64,000 bases of DNA from Desulfobacterales bacterium. Its GTDB lineage: Bacteria > Desulfobacterota > Desulfobacteria > Desulfobacterales > UBA11574. This document shows positions 8,476-16,889 of the stretch, piece by piece. Positions within the stretch are counted from its first letter, which is position 1. Each line of letters starts with the position of its first letter. The notes under the pieces are model-generated. The model searched no databases and had not been told where the DNA came from. It saw only the letters and a list, made by a program, of their open reading frames with translations. The DNA lies in NCBI GenBank assembly GCA_046484425.1, contig JAWOIY010000183.1, forward strand, positions 83 to 64,082. The letters run 5' to 3'. A program made the translations under genes and the position numbers.

Positions 8476-11400
8476 TTATTCATCCTCAAAAGCCGACACC
8501 AGCAGGGCTTCAATTTTTGCCAGGAGCTGATCATCGGTGCTGTGCTTTAATTCGATGGCCTTTGCAGGACATTCAGCGGCACAGATTCCGCATCCCATGC
8601 ATGCCGACGGCGGAATTTCGGATACCCCCCTTTCATTGATAAACGGCGCACCGTATGGACATGCCCGAACACATGCCAGGCACGCCGCACACTTTTCAGG
8701 ATCGACTTCAGCAACAGCCGCGGATGTTTTCATCTGTTTTTTGCACAGAACTTTCATGGCCTGCTGTCCGGCACTTTTGGCCATGGTGACGCTCTCTTCA
8801 ATGAATCGGGGACTGTGTGCCAATCCGGCAAGAAAAATTCCGGAAGCGGCAAATTCCACAGGTCTCAATTTGACGTGGGCTTCGAGAAAAAACCCCATAT
8901 CGGTGGCCGGCAGTTTCAATAGATGAGCAATCTGCCGGGCACCTTCACCGGGGCGGATACCGGCGCTTAACACCACAAGATCGGGCTCAACACGAAAGTC
9001 CTGATGGGAGCTGCGATCCGTAAAATCGACGACCAGCTCACCGTTGTCATCATATACCAATGGTTTTTCTTCTGGGATGTATCGAAAAAAGAGAACGCCT
9101 TTTTGCCGGGCTTTTAAATAATACAGTTCTTTAAATCCAAAGGTTCTGACGTCTCGATACAATACAATCACCTGCGCACCGGGGTTAATTTCTTTGAACT
9201 CGATACTGTTTTTCACGGCAGCCGAACAACACACCCTGCTGCAATAGGGGAAATCCGGTTCCCGTGATCCGACACACTGAATCATGACAACCCTCTTTAG
9301 CCGACGGGCCCAGGTGGGATCGTCCAGAAGACGGTTTGAAAACTCCACTTGGGTGAGTACACGCGCATCCTTCCCGTATAAATATTCTTTTGGTTCATAC
9401 GGACGACCACCAGTGGCCACAACTACGGCCCCATACTGAATGTCGATGCGTTCGTCCGCCTTTTGAACCGAACCCTTGAATGCACCAAGATGTCCGCCAT
9501 GGGAAACGAGCCTGCTTTTCAGGTAAACAGAGATGTTCGGATGATGGACGATCCTTTCCGTGAGATAACGGATAAACCGCCTGGGGGAATGTCCTTCCAG
9601 TGTGAATCTGAGGTTCCTTGCAAAGCCCCCCAGCCCATCACTGCTTTCCACCAGGTGAACATGAAACCCTTGATCCGCAATGGTTAATGCGGCGGTCATG
9701 CCCGCCAGGCCGCCTCCGATGACAAGCCCTTCGTTCACCACCGGGTAAGATTTTTCATACAACGGCTCAAGTTTTATGGCCCGGGCCACACTGGCACGAA
9801 TCAATTCCTTTGACTTTTTGGTGGCTTTTTCCGGATCCTTGCCGTGAACCCAGGAACACTGATCCCGTATACTTGCCATTTCGAAAAGATACGGATTTAA
9901 ACCCGCCGCTTTCAGGGTCTCCCGAAACAGGGGTTCATGGGTTTTCGGTGAGCATGCCGCTACCACGACACGGTTTAACCGATGTTCTTTGATGAGGTCG
10001 ATGATGGCCTTCTGGGTTTCTGTGGCGCAGGTAAACATGAAATCGGTGGCAAAAACCACATGGGGAAGTTTTTTCACGTCTTCCAGAACATTCTGTATCT
10101 CAACAACGCCGGCGATATTGGTGCCGCAGTGACAAACCAGAACGCCCACTCTTGGCGTTGACTCAATGGGTGTTTCCGCCAAAATTTCTTCAACGGCAGT
10201 TTCGGCATATCTTGCATCACGGATAAGGATGGAGGCTTCGGCAGCGGCTGCACCGGCCTGGATGACGGTTTCGGGTATGTCTTTGGGAGATTCGATGCCG
10301 CCGCATACAAAGACACCCGGCCGGGAAGTCGCTACGGGCTCATCAAATTCTGTGGCTAAAAATCCGTAAGGATTCGTTACAAGCCCCAGCTTTTTGGCAA
10401 GGTCGACAAAATCATCTGATGGTTTGAAACCACTTGAAAGAACAACCAGGTCATATTCATCTTCTTGTTTTCTATTTAAATGATGATCAAAGGTTTCAAT
10501 GACCAGGTTCTCATTTTCAGGATTCAGATAAACCTGGGAAATCATCGACCTCCGGGTTCGTACGCCGTGCTGATTTCGGGCGCGGTCAATGTAGTCGTCA
10601 AACCCCTTCCCATGTGCCCGAAGGTCCATAAAATAGATGGTCGTTTGGGTTTCGGATTCATGGAGGCGGGTCAAAACCGCCTGTTTTGTGGCATGCATAC
10701 AGCACACGGAAGAACAAAAGGGGCGGTTTCGGGCCGGATCTCGGGACATGACACATTGAATCCAGGCCACTTTTTTGGGTACGTTGCCATCAGAAGGCCG
10801 GCTGAGGTGTCCTCCATAAGGGCCCGTGGCAGACAGCATGCGTTCATACTGCAGGGAGGTTACAACGTTTTTATATCTGCCGTAACCAAACTCTCCCTCT
10901 TCAGCCGTCAACGCCAGCTCAAAACCGGTCGAAAGGATTATTACACCTGCATCTATTTCCAATCGTTCAAATTTTTGGTCGAATTCAACGGCGTCTGCCG
11001 GGCAGATTTTTTGACAAACGCCGCATTTTCCTTTGGTTAAATACAGGCAATGTTCGGCATCGAGTGCATATTTTAAGGGAACCGCCTGGGGGAATGTCAG
11101 AAATGCCGCTTTGCGTGTCCCCAGCTCTCCGTTAAACGGATCGGGCACTTTTTGGGGGCATTTTTCAGCACACTTGCCGCAGGTAATGCATTTTTCTTCG
11201 TTAATATATCTGGGCTGCTTTTCAACCTGGGCCGTAAATCGGCCGGGACCGCCCGATATTTCCAGAATCCGGCTTAACGTCAGAATTTCAATATTCGCAT
11301 GACCGGCCGCCTGTACCAGTTTGGGAGAAAATATACAGGTTGAACAGTCATTGGTGGGAAATGTCTTGTCGAGACGTGCCATTTTCCCGCCAAGGGAGTG

Positions 11401-11532
11401 TGATTTTTCAATAAGATAGACATAAAAACCGGTATCCGCCAGATCGAGGGCACACTGAATGCCACCGATTCCGCCGCCCACAACGATCACTTTTCCCACC
11501 GGAGGTTTAAGATGAGATTCCATAATTATCAC
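8476..11532 (-). CDS. hdrA: HdrA-like FAD/Fe-S oxidoreductase, 1018-aa fusion form
   Basis: Two dinucleotide-binding folds (VVGGGIGGIQCA near the N-terminus and VIGGGLAGMTAA near residue 600). Ferredoxin motifs CITCGKCAEKCP, CGVCQKICP, CAACLACVRACP, CMGCGICAAECP. The GTG start overlaps the hdrB stop (GTGA). Confidence 0.85.
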   Translation of the reverse strand: MIIMESHLKPPVGKVIVVGGGIGGIQCALDLADTGFYVYLIEKSHSLGGKMARLDKTFPTNDCSTCIFSPKLVQAAGHANIEILTLSRILEISGGPGRFTAQVEKQPRYINEEKCITCGKCAEKCPQKVPDPFNGELGTRKAAFLTFPQAVPLKYALDAEHCLYLTKGKCGVCQKICPADAVEFDQKFERLEIDAGVIILSTGFELALTAEEGEFGYGRYKNVVTSLQYERMLSATGPYGGHLSRPSDGNVPKKVAWIQCVMSRDPARNRPFCSSVCCMHATKQAVLTRLHESETQTTIYFMDLRAHGKGFDDYIDRARNQHGVRTRRSMISQVYLNPENENLVIETFDHHLNRKQEDEYDLVVLSSGFKPSDDFVDLAKKLGLVTNPYGFLATEFDEPVATSRPGVFVCGGIESPKDIPETVIQAGAAAAEASILIRDARYAETAVEEILAETPIESTPRVGVLVCHCGTNIAGVVEIQNVLEDVKKLPHVVFATDFMFTCATETQKAIIDLIKEHRLNRVVVAACSPKTHEPLFRETLKAAGLNPYLFEMASIRDQCSWVHGKDPEKATKKSKELIRASVARAIKLEPLYEKSYPVVNEGLVIGGGLAGMTAALTIADQGFHVHLVESSDGLGGFARNLRFTLEGHSPRRFIRYLTERIVHHPNISVYLKSRLVSHGGHLGAFKGSVQKADERIDIQYGAVVVATGGRPYEPKEYLYGKDARVLTQVEFSNRLLDDPTWARRLKRVVMIQCVGSREPDFPYCSRVCCSAAVKNSIEFKEINPGAQVIVLYRDVRTFGFKELYYLKARQKGVLFFRYIPEEKPLVYDDNGELVVDFTDRSSHQDFRVEPDLVVLSAGIRPGEGARQIAHLLKLPATDMGFFLEAHVKLRPVEFAASGIFLAGLAHSPRFIEESVTMAKSAGQQAMKVLCKKQMKTSAAVAEVDPEKCAACLACVRACPYGAPFINERGVSEIPPSACMGCGICAAECPAKAIELKHSTDDQLLAKIEALLVSAFEDE

Positions 11533-12365
11533 AAAAGGCTTTTCTTTTTTAACAGCTGATCTGGGTTCGCAAAATGCATTTTAAACCATTTCGGATTTCC
11601 CCTGTCACTGAAACTCAACCGGAGCAACTCGGTAAAATAAAATATCGGAATCGGCCTTTCCAAACGATCTTTCTGAATCATATCAAGATTTGACTGACAC
11701 AGCGGGCAAGACACAACAACGGCTTCCGCGCCGGCCTGCCGTGCTTTTTCCAAAAGTTTTTTTGTCAGGGAATCTCCGATTTCCCTGCGAGCGATACCGA
11801 TGCTGGCACCGCAACAAGTTGCTTTATAAGACCAGTCAATCACCTGGGCACCGACAGCGGCTGCAATTCGATCAAGTGTTTGGGGATTCTCATAATCCGT
11901 ATAACCGGTAATTCTCGGTGGGCGTACCATCTGACATCCGTAATAGCATACCAATTTCAGACCTTTTAAAGGTTTCAAAACTCTTTTTTTGATCTGTTTG
12001 ATCATGTCCGGCTCCGCCAGAAAACGCGTCATGTCATGGACCCTCAAATCACCGGTCACCGGCCAGGGGATATCCAGAACGTTTTTTTGTATCATCTGTT
12101 GAGAAAATCGGAGACGATTGAAACAGTTGGCACATGGAGAGACGATATCAAGTCCCATTTGCTCTGCGGCAGACAGATTCCTTGCCGGCAAAATGACCGA
12201 CATGGCCTCGCTGAGACTGTGGGCAGCCGTGGCGCCGCAACAGGACCAGTCGTTGATCTCAATCAGATCAATACCCAGCGCTTGAAATACCGCATCAATG
12301 GATCGGGCATAATCGACAGCCATGCCTTCCAAAGAACAGCCGGGATAAAAAGACAGCTTCATCAA
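11529..12365 (-). CDS. hdrB: heterodisulfide reductase subunit B-like (two CCG domains)
   Basis: CCG motifs WSCCGATAAH and ATCCGASIG. The ATG overlaps the hdrC stop. Confidence 0.85.
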   Translation of the reverse strand: MMKLSFYPGCSLEGMAVDYARSIDAVFQALGIDLIEINDWSCCGATAAHSLSEAMSVILPARNLSAAEQMGLDIVSPCANCFNRLRFSQQMIQKNVLDIPWPVTGDLRVHDMTRFLAEPDMIKQIKKRVLKPLKGLKLVCYYGCQMVRPPRITGYTDYENPQTLDRIAAAVGAQVIDWSYKATCCGASIGIARREIGDSLTKKLLEKARQAGAEAVVVSCPLCQSNLDMIQKDRLERPIPIFYFTELLRLSFSDRGNPKWFKMHFANPDQLLKKKSLL

Positions 12366-12994
12366 ACAATTTCTCCGCGGGCATTTTTATATGCTTTTTG
12401 AATATCCTTGATGGGTTTTGACCTGGAGGTGAAGGGTTTCAGTCTTCCTTTTTTCAACAGGGTCAACCCCAGCAAAAGCTCCTCTTTAAGGTTCCCGCTT
12501 TTTATTTTTTCATACAATATATTCGGCTTTAAGTAATAGGCATTCATCAACCTGAATTCATTGACCCTGCCGGACTTTCTCAAGACCTCGAGAAAGGTCT
12601 GATGAAATACGGCAAGGTTCCTTTCTTTCGGTGTGATGGACGAATGTGCTGCAATGTTTCTCAGATGATTGATGACCTCCGCAACTCCCACTTCATTGGG
12701 ACAGTAAGTCGTACACATTTCACAGGACAAGCATACCCATATGGTCGACGATTTTAAAAGGTCTTCACGCCATCCCAGTTGAACATGACGGATGATCTGG
12801 TGAGGTTTGATGTCCATAAAATGACTGACCGGGCAGGCATTGGTGCAGCGCTCGCATTGGTAACACCGCGAAACATTCGCACCGGTCTCCCCTTCGATTT
12901 TTTTTAAAAAATAATCCCCTCTGTCTCCGATGAGTATTCTTTCAGATTTGGGTTCGCCTACGCGTTCTTGTTTCATAACGACGGTGTTCATCAT
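12362..12994 (-). CDS. hdrC: heterodisulfide reductase subunit C-like (2x[4Fe-4S])
   Basis: CYQCERCTNACP and CLSCEMCTTYCP cluster motifs; first gene of the hdrCBA string. Confidence 0.8.
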   Translation of the reverse strand: MMNTVVMKQERVGEPKSERILIGDRGDYFLKKIEGETGANVSRCYQCERCTNACPVSHFMDIKPHQIIRHVQLGWREDLLKSSTIWVCLSCEMCTTYCPNEVGVAEVINHLRNIAAHSSITPKERNLAVFHQTFLEVLRKSGRVNEFRLMNAYYLKPNILYEKIKSGNLKEELLLGLTLLKKGRLKPFTSRSKPIKDIQKAYKNARGEIV

Positions 12995-13098
12995 TTTCCC
13001 TTTTAAAATAAAAATGCCGATTCAACGGAAAAGAAAGGGCATCGATTGATCGAAAAAAAAGTGCCCGGAGCCAAGCAGCATATCACCTGAGCGTACAG

Positions 13099-13431
13099 TC
13101 ACCCGTGATTGTGGCACATTGTGGCATGCACTGTCAACAACAAAATGAAAACCCCTGTCATTCCGGGAGCCTGCCAGGGATTTTTTGGGGCTACAGCTAC
13201 GACCAAGGCTGTTGCGCTTTCTCTGTCGAGCAAAATTATTTTTTCCTGTTTAGAATCGATAGAATTAGTGGAAATCGGAATTTTACCGTTGCCAAACCAG
13301 CCTGCCCTGTTGCGAGCTTCGGTGCGGTTCACCTTGCCTTTTATCCCTGCGGCAAGCTGCAGGGTATTCGGGCGAAGGTGAATAAAACCGGATGCTCCGG
13401 AAACCACGATCCCCGATAATATCTCAGCCAT
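13099..13431 (-). CDS. hypothetical protein (coding status uncertain)
   Basis: 110-aa ORF whose ATG overlaps the upstream membrane-protein gene stop by 8 nt. No motif recognised, and its 3' end overlaps the putative hdr promoter. Confidence 0.3.
   Translation of the reverse strand: MAEILSGIVVSGASGFIHLRPNTLQLAAGIKGKVNRTEARNRAGWFGNGKIPISTNSIDSKQEKIILLDRESATALVVAVAPKNPWQAPGMTGVFILLLTVHATMCHNHG
13108..13137 (-). promoter_or_regulatory. possible sigma70 promoter for hdrCBA overlapped by a tandem 9-nt direct repeat
   Basis: The minus strand reads TTGACA (13137-13132), an 18-nt spacer, then CACAAT (13113-13108). The plus strand shows ATTGTGGCA-c-ATTGTGGCA (13108-13126) across the spacer and -10. 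Confidence 0.25.
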
Positions 13432-13867
13432 TTTTCCTACCCAATGCTGTACGTTTTTTTGAACGAAGATAGTGCTGAAGCGCCCAAAAAATAATCAGCC
13501 CCATCATACAGTCGGCAATTCCGGATAACAAGACAATCCATTTAAATTCAGCGGCAAAACAATACATCGTCAAAAAGAAAGTTGCGACCGCCTTTACGAA
13601 AATCGAAAATACAATGAAATGTTGGTATTTTTCGATATTGGTTGCTCCCGTTAAGTAAACAACGGACATGAGAAGATGAAAAACCCCGCCTTGGGCAGGA
13701 AAGAAGTGTTCATAATCCCCGCTGAAACCCGACAACTCCATTAAGACGGCCGGCTGAATGATCAGTACCAGTCCCATTACTATCGAATGTACGGCCACCA
13801 ATCCCAGCACGGTTTGAAGTGTTTTTTCAGGATACTTAAACAAATTTTCTTTTAAGTTACCACGCAT
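13424..13867 (-). CDS. small integral membrane protein (about 4 TM)
   Basis: Four hydrophobic segments (GLVAVHSIVMGLVLII, VFHLLMSVVYL, FIVFSIFVKAVATFFL, IVLLSGIADCMMGLIIFWAL). Confidence 0.55.
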   Translation of the reverse strand: MRGNLKENLFKYPEKTLQTVLGLVAVHSIVMGLVLIIQPAVLMELSGFSGDYEHFFPAQGGVFHLLMSVVYLTGATNIEKYQHFIVFSIFVKAVATFFLTMYCFAAEFKWIVLLSGIADCMMGLIIFWALQHYLRSKKRTALGRKNG

Positions 13868-14039
13868 ATCTCTCTGTTTTAGACCGAAGAAACAATGGTA
13901 TCATTTCTCATTGAAACAGATTGAGTGAAGGGGAAACGACTGCCCCCCTGAACACATACGAAAAATCAGAGGGTTGATTGCTGAAGAAAGGATATAAAAC
14001 AATCGGTGTATTGAACACCAACCGGGAATATCGTCAAGA

Positions 14040-14414
14040 TCACTTGATCACTGCCAAAACCTCGCAACTACGGCACACCTTCATCTTTTCCTTCCATTTT
14101 TCATGTGCTGTGCCACAGCAGATGGTTCCGTTAATAAACCAGCATAATTTTCCTGCCTGAAACTCCCATGCAGGGCATTCTTTTTTTTGTTTGGTGGGAC
14201 ATTTTTTGACAATCCAGCATGGTTTTTGCGTTTTTATCGCGCCTCTCTTTCTGGCCATCAAAAAAAACATTTGCCTTTCCACATGTGGGGGTATGGATCT
14301 CCAGCCCTGCTCGTAACTGTGAACGGCCTTGATGGACACTCCCAACAGCTGCGCCATTTGCTTTTGGGTTTTGTTTAATTTTTTGCGGAACCGTGAAAAT
14401 TCTTTCCCGTCCAT
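14040..14414 (-). CDS. XRE-family HTH regulator with C-terminal Cys/Trp-rich domain (two CW motifs)
   Basis: N-terminal LNKTQKQMAQLLGVSIKAVHSYEQG is an HTH_XRE motif. The C-terminus PCWIVKKCPTKQKKECPAWEFQAGKLCWFINGTICCG...CRSCE resembles what RefSeq labels a two-CW domain (from memory). Confidence 0.75.
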   Translation of the reverse strand: MDGKEFSRFRKKLNKTQKQMAQLLGVSIKAVHSYEQGWRSIPPHVERQMFFLMARKRGAIKTQKPCWIVKKCPTKQKKECPAWEFQAGKLCWFINGTICCGTAHEKWKEKMKVCRSCEVLAVIK

Positions 14415-14702
14415 AAATTTTTCCCTCGATTAAGCAAGTCGTGTTTCATCATATTTATCCTGCACTATGTGGCACTACACACCACATCCTGTCAATAAAA
14501 ATATTTCTTATAATCTTAGGTGTACCGGCAAGGACGGTATTGATATCCCGGGCTGCGTTCAAGGATGGTGCGTCCGGACATATCGAAAACAAAAAGGATC
14601 AAATCGATGACCGGCCGGATTTTACAGGCGATTGGATCGATGCGCGGTATGGGTAAGGTTGGATGATATCCGTTGTGGGGCATCTTTAATTTTGTTGAAG
14701 CG

Positions 14703-16511
14703 TCAGACACTGGTTGACCCTTGGGATGGAGCGGTCCCTCCCAGCACCATGGTCTCAAACTTCATCAGTTCTTCGTGCATTTTTCTTGAGATTTCATCGT
14801 ACTTTTGACTGATATCATAACGATAATCTGCATGAATTTTTTTGATTGTGTTTCGCATCTCCTTATTTATCTTGATCCGTTTTTTCCAGAGCTTTGCCAG
14901 ATATTGAAAATCTTCTTTTGAATTGTTCATCATCGATTCGGAATACTGATTCACCAAATCGCAAAAATAACGGTATTTCTCATCAAAAAATGAGGCGATC
15001 TTTTCGGTTTTCAGGGTTTGCTGCGTGATGGTATAAAAGTGATGCCCGGAAATACTCAGCGTGATGGCTTCGCCAAAAATACCGGGGTGTTTGATCATAT
15101 TACGAAAGACAAATTTGAGATATTGAAAACCGTATGGTGTAAAAAGCTGCCAGCAAATCGACCTGTATAAGATTTTCAGGTCTTGAAAATAAATTTTTCG
15201 CTGGAAATACTCTGTGTGCTCGACATTGTCCAAAAATCGGCTGCATCGTTCAAAATAATTTTTCAAATTAAAATCATAAATGCGAACCAGAATTTTTTTA
15301 TATCCTTCTCCGAGGCGCTTCGGATCCATGGTGGTTTTGAAGTTGGTGGTCATTTTGTGGGTATTGTTGCCAATAGAAGCCTTTAATATTCTGCCTTCCA
15401 TCATCAGCCGGTGATAAAGACGTGTCCCGGGAAGGGCGGTTAAAAAACCGATCATGGCTTTGGGAATGGCGTTCCGTTGAATAAAGTCGATTTGACGGTC
15501 AAAAATGTCCTCCTTATCGTTGTCAAATCCGACGATAAATCCTGCCATCACTTCCATTCCATGACGCTGGATCGTCCGAATCGAATGCTCCATATCTGTT
15601 TTTAAATTCTGTATCTTTCCGCTTTCTTCAAGTCCCTTGGGATCAGGGGTCTCAACCCCGATAAAAACCTGGTTGAATCCAACTTCCCGCATTGCCGTTA
15701 GTAACTTCTCATCTCTACCCATATCAATGCTGGCTTCGGTAAAAAAATGGTATGGGTAATCATGTTCGACTTGCCAGGCTTTCAGCGCAGGCAATAGCTC
15801 CGCCTTGACCCGTTTTTTATTTCCGATAAAGTTGTCATCAACGATAAACAGCGGTCCCCGCCAGCCCAGGTCAAAAAGGATATCAAGTTCTCTTAACAGG
15901 GTCGCGACAGATTTTAAACGTGGTTTGTTTCCGTAGATGGTCCAGATATCACAAAACTCGCAGTGAAAGGGACACCCCCTGGAGTACTGAACGGCCATGG
16001 AACCGTATGCGGTTAAATCCAAGAGGTCAAACCGCGGAACCGGCAAATTGGAAATATCCGGATAACAGGGTTTTGGATAAACAGGTTTTGCAGTACCTTT
16101 TTCCAGGTCTCGTAAAAAATGCAGCAATGTTTGATCGACTTCTCCGACAAGAAAATGGTCAACGCCGGCAATTTTCTTTTGATTTGATGTAACCAAGGGG
16201 CCGCCTGCGACAATGGTTTTGCCAAATCGGCCACAGCGTCGGATCACCTCTCGCATAGAGTCCTGCTGAATAATCATTGCGGAGATGAATACAGCGTCCG
16301 CCCAGTGGATATCGCTGTCTTCCAAAGGTGAAACATTCATGTCAACCAGTTTCAGGTCATACGTATCCGGGAAAAGGGCGGCGATGGTCAACAGCCCCAG
16401 CGGTGGCATGGCGCTTTTTTTTTGAATGAATTTCAATGCATATTTGAAGCTCCAGTAGGTATTGCTTGGCACCTTGGGATATACAAGAAGGATGTTTTTA
16501 TATCTGTGCAT
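14703..16511 (-). CDS. B12-binding radical SAM protein with C-terminal DUF4070-like extension
   Basis: N-terminal cobalamin-binding-like Rossmann region and radical SAM motif CPFHCEFC (CxxxCxxC) in YSRGCPFHCEFCDI; 602 aa. Confidence 0.88.
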   Translation of the reverse strand: MHRYKNILLVYPKVPSNTYWSFKYALKFIQKKSAMPPLGLLTIAALFPDTYDLKLVDMNVSPLEDSDIHWADAVFISAMIIQQDSMREVIRRCGRFGKTIVAGGPLVTSNQKKIAGVDHFLVGEVDQTLLHFLRDLEKGTAKPVYPKPCYPDISNLPVPRFDLLDLTAYGSMAVQYSRGCPFHCEFCDIWTIYGNKPRLKSVATLLRELDILFDLGWRGPLFIVDDNFIGNKKRVKAELLPALKAWQVEHDYPYHFFTEASIDMGRDEKLLTAMREVGFNQVFIGVETPDPKGLEESGKIQNLKTDMEHSIRTIQRHGMEVMAGFIVGFDNDKEDIFDRQIDFIQRNAIPKAMIGFLTALPGTRLYHRLMMEGRILKASIGNNTHKMTTNFKTTMDPKRLGEGYKKILVRIYDFNLKNYFERCSRFLDNVEHTEYFQRKIYFQDLKILYRSICWQLFTPYGFQYLKFVFRNMIKHPGIFGEAITLSISGHHFYTITQQTLKTEKIASFFDEKYRYFCDLVNQYSESMMNNSKEDFQYLAKLWKKRIKINKEMRNTIKKIHADYRYDISQKYDEISRKMHEELMKFETMVLGGTAPSQGSTSV

Positions 16512-16889
16512 AATGTCAACTCCTCTTTTTCAAAACGAGGCGTTATGTCTGGCCGTTCTCTCATAAATATGGCATGATGAAAGTCACAAACTGTCCAGAC
16601 GTTTCAATTTTTTATTATAGCCGTTAGGATTAAAGTTTCAAGAGAATTTGATGCGTTATTATTCAAATTTTTCATATTGAAGCCCCAAAAGGCGCATCCA
16701 TCATTGTTTTAATGCAATTTGGGATCCAACAGTTCTCCATTGACGCATCGCATGTCACAGGTTTATTTGATGGAAACATTTTTCAAACGGAAGATATTGG
16801 GTAAAAGCACCCCGGCCAATCAATTTATATGGATTCAAAGAGAATCGGATGATATATTATTTTATTTTTACCCACCAACATATTAAAAA

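Noticed and set aside
10480-11040. 186-aa plus-strand ORF, plus several other 60-130-aa ORFs inside 8476..12994
   Set aside because: All are antisense to hdrA/hdrB/hdrC, whose Fe-S and FAD motifs are unambiguous. None has an RBS or a motif.
8476-11532. Selenocysteine recoding in HdrA (common in some anaerobes)
   Set aside because: The 1018-codon frame is uninterrupted. There is no in-frame TGA, and the Cys motifs are complete.
14415-14702. Small ORFs (56-aa MPHNGYHPTLPIPRID... on the minus strand; 71-aa on the plus strand) as possible radical-SAM RiPP precursors
   Set aside because: They have no RBS, no Cys/Gly-rich core or leader-like pattern, and they overlap each other in a probable promoter region. 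There is insufficient evidence for coding.
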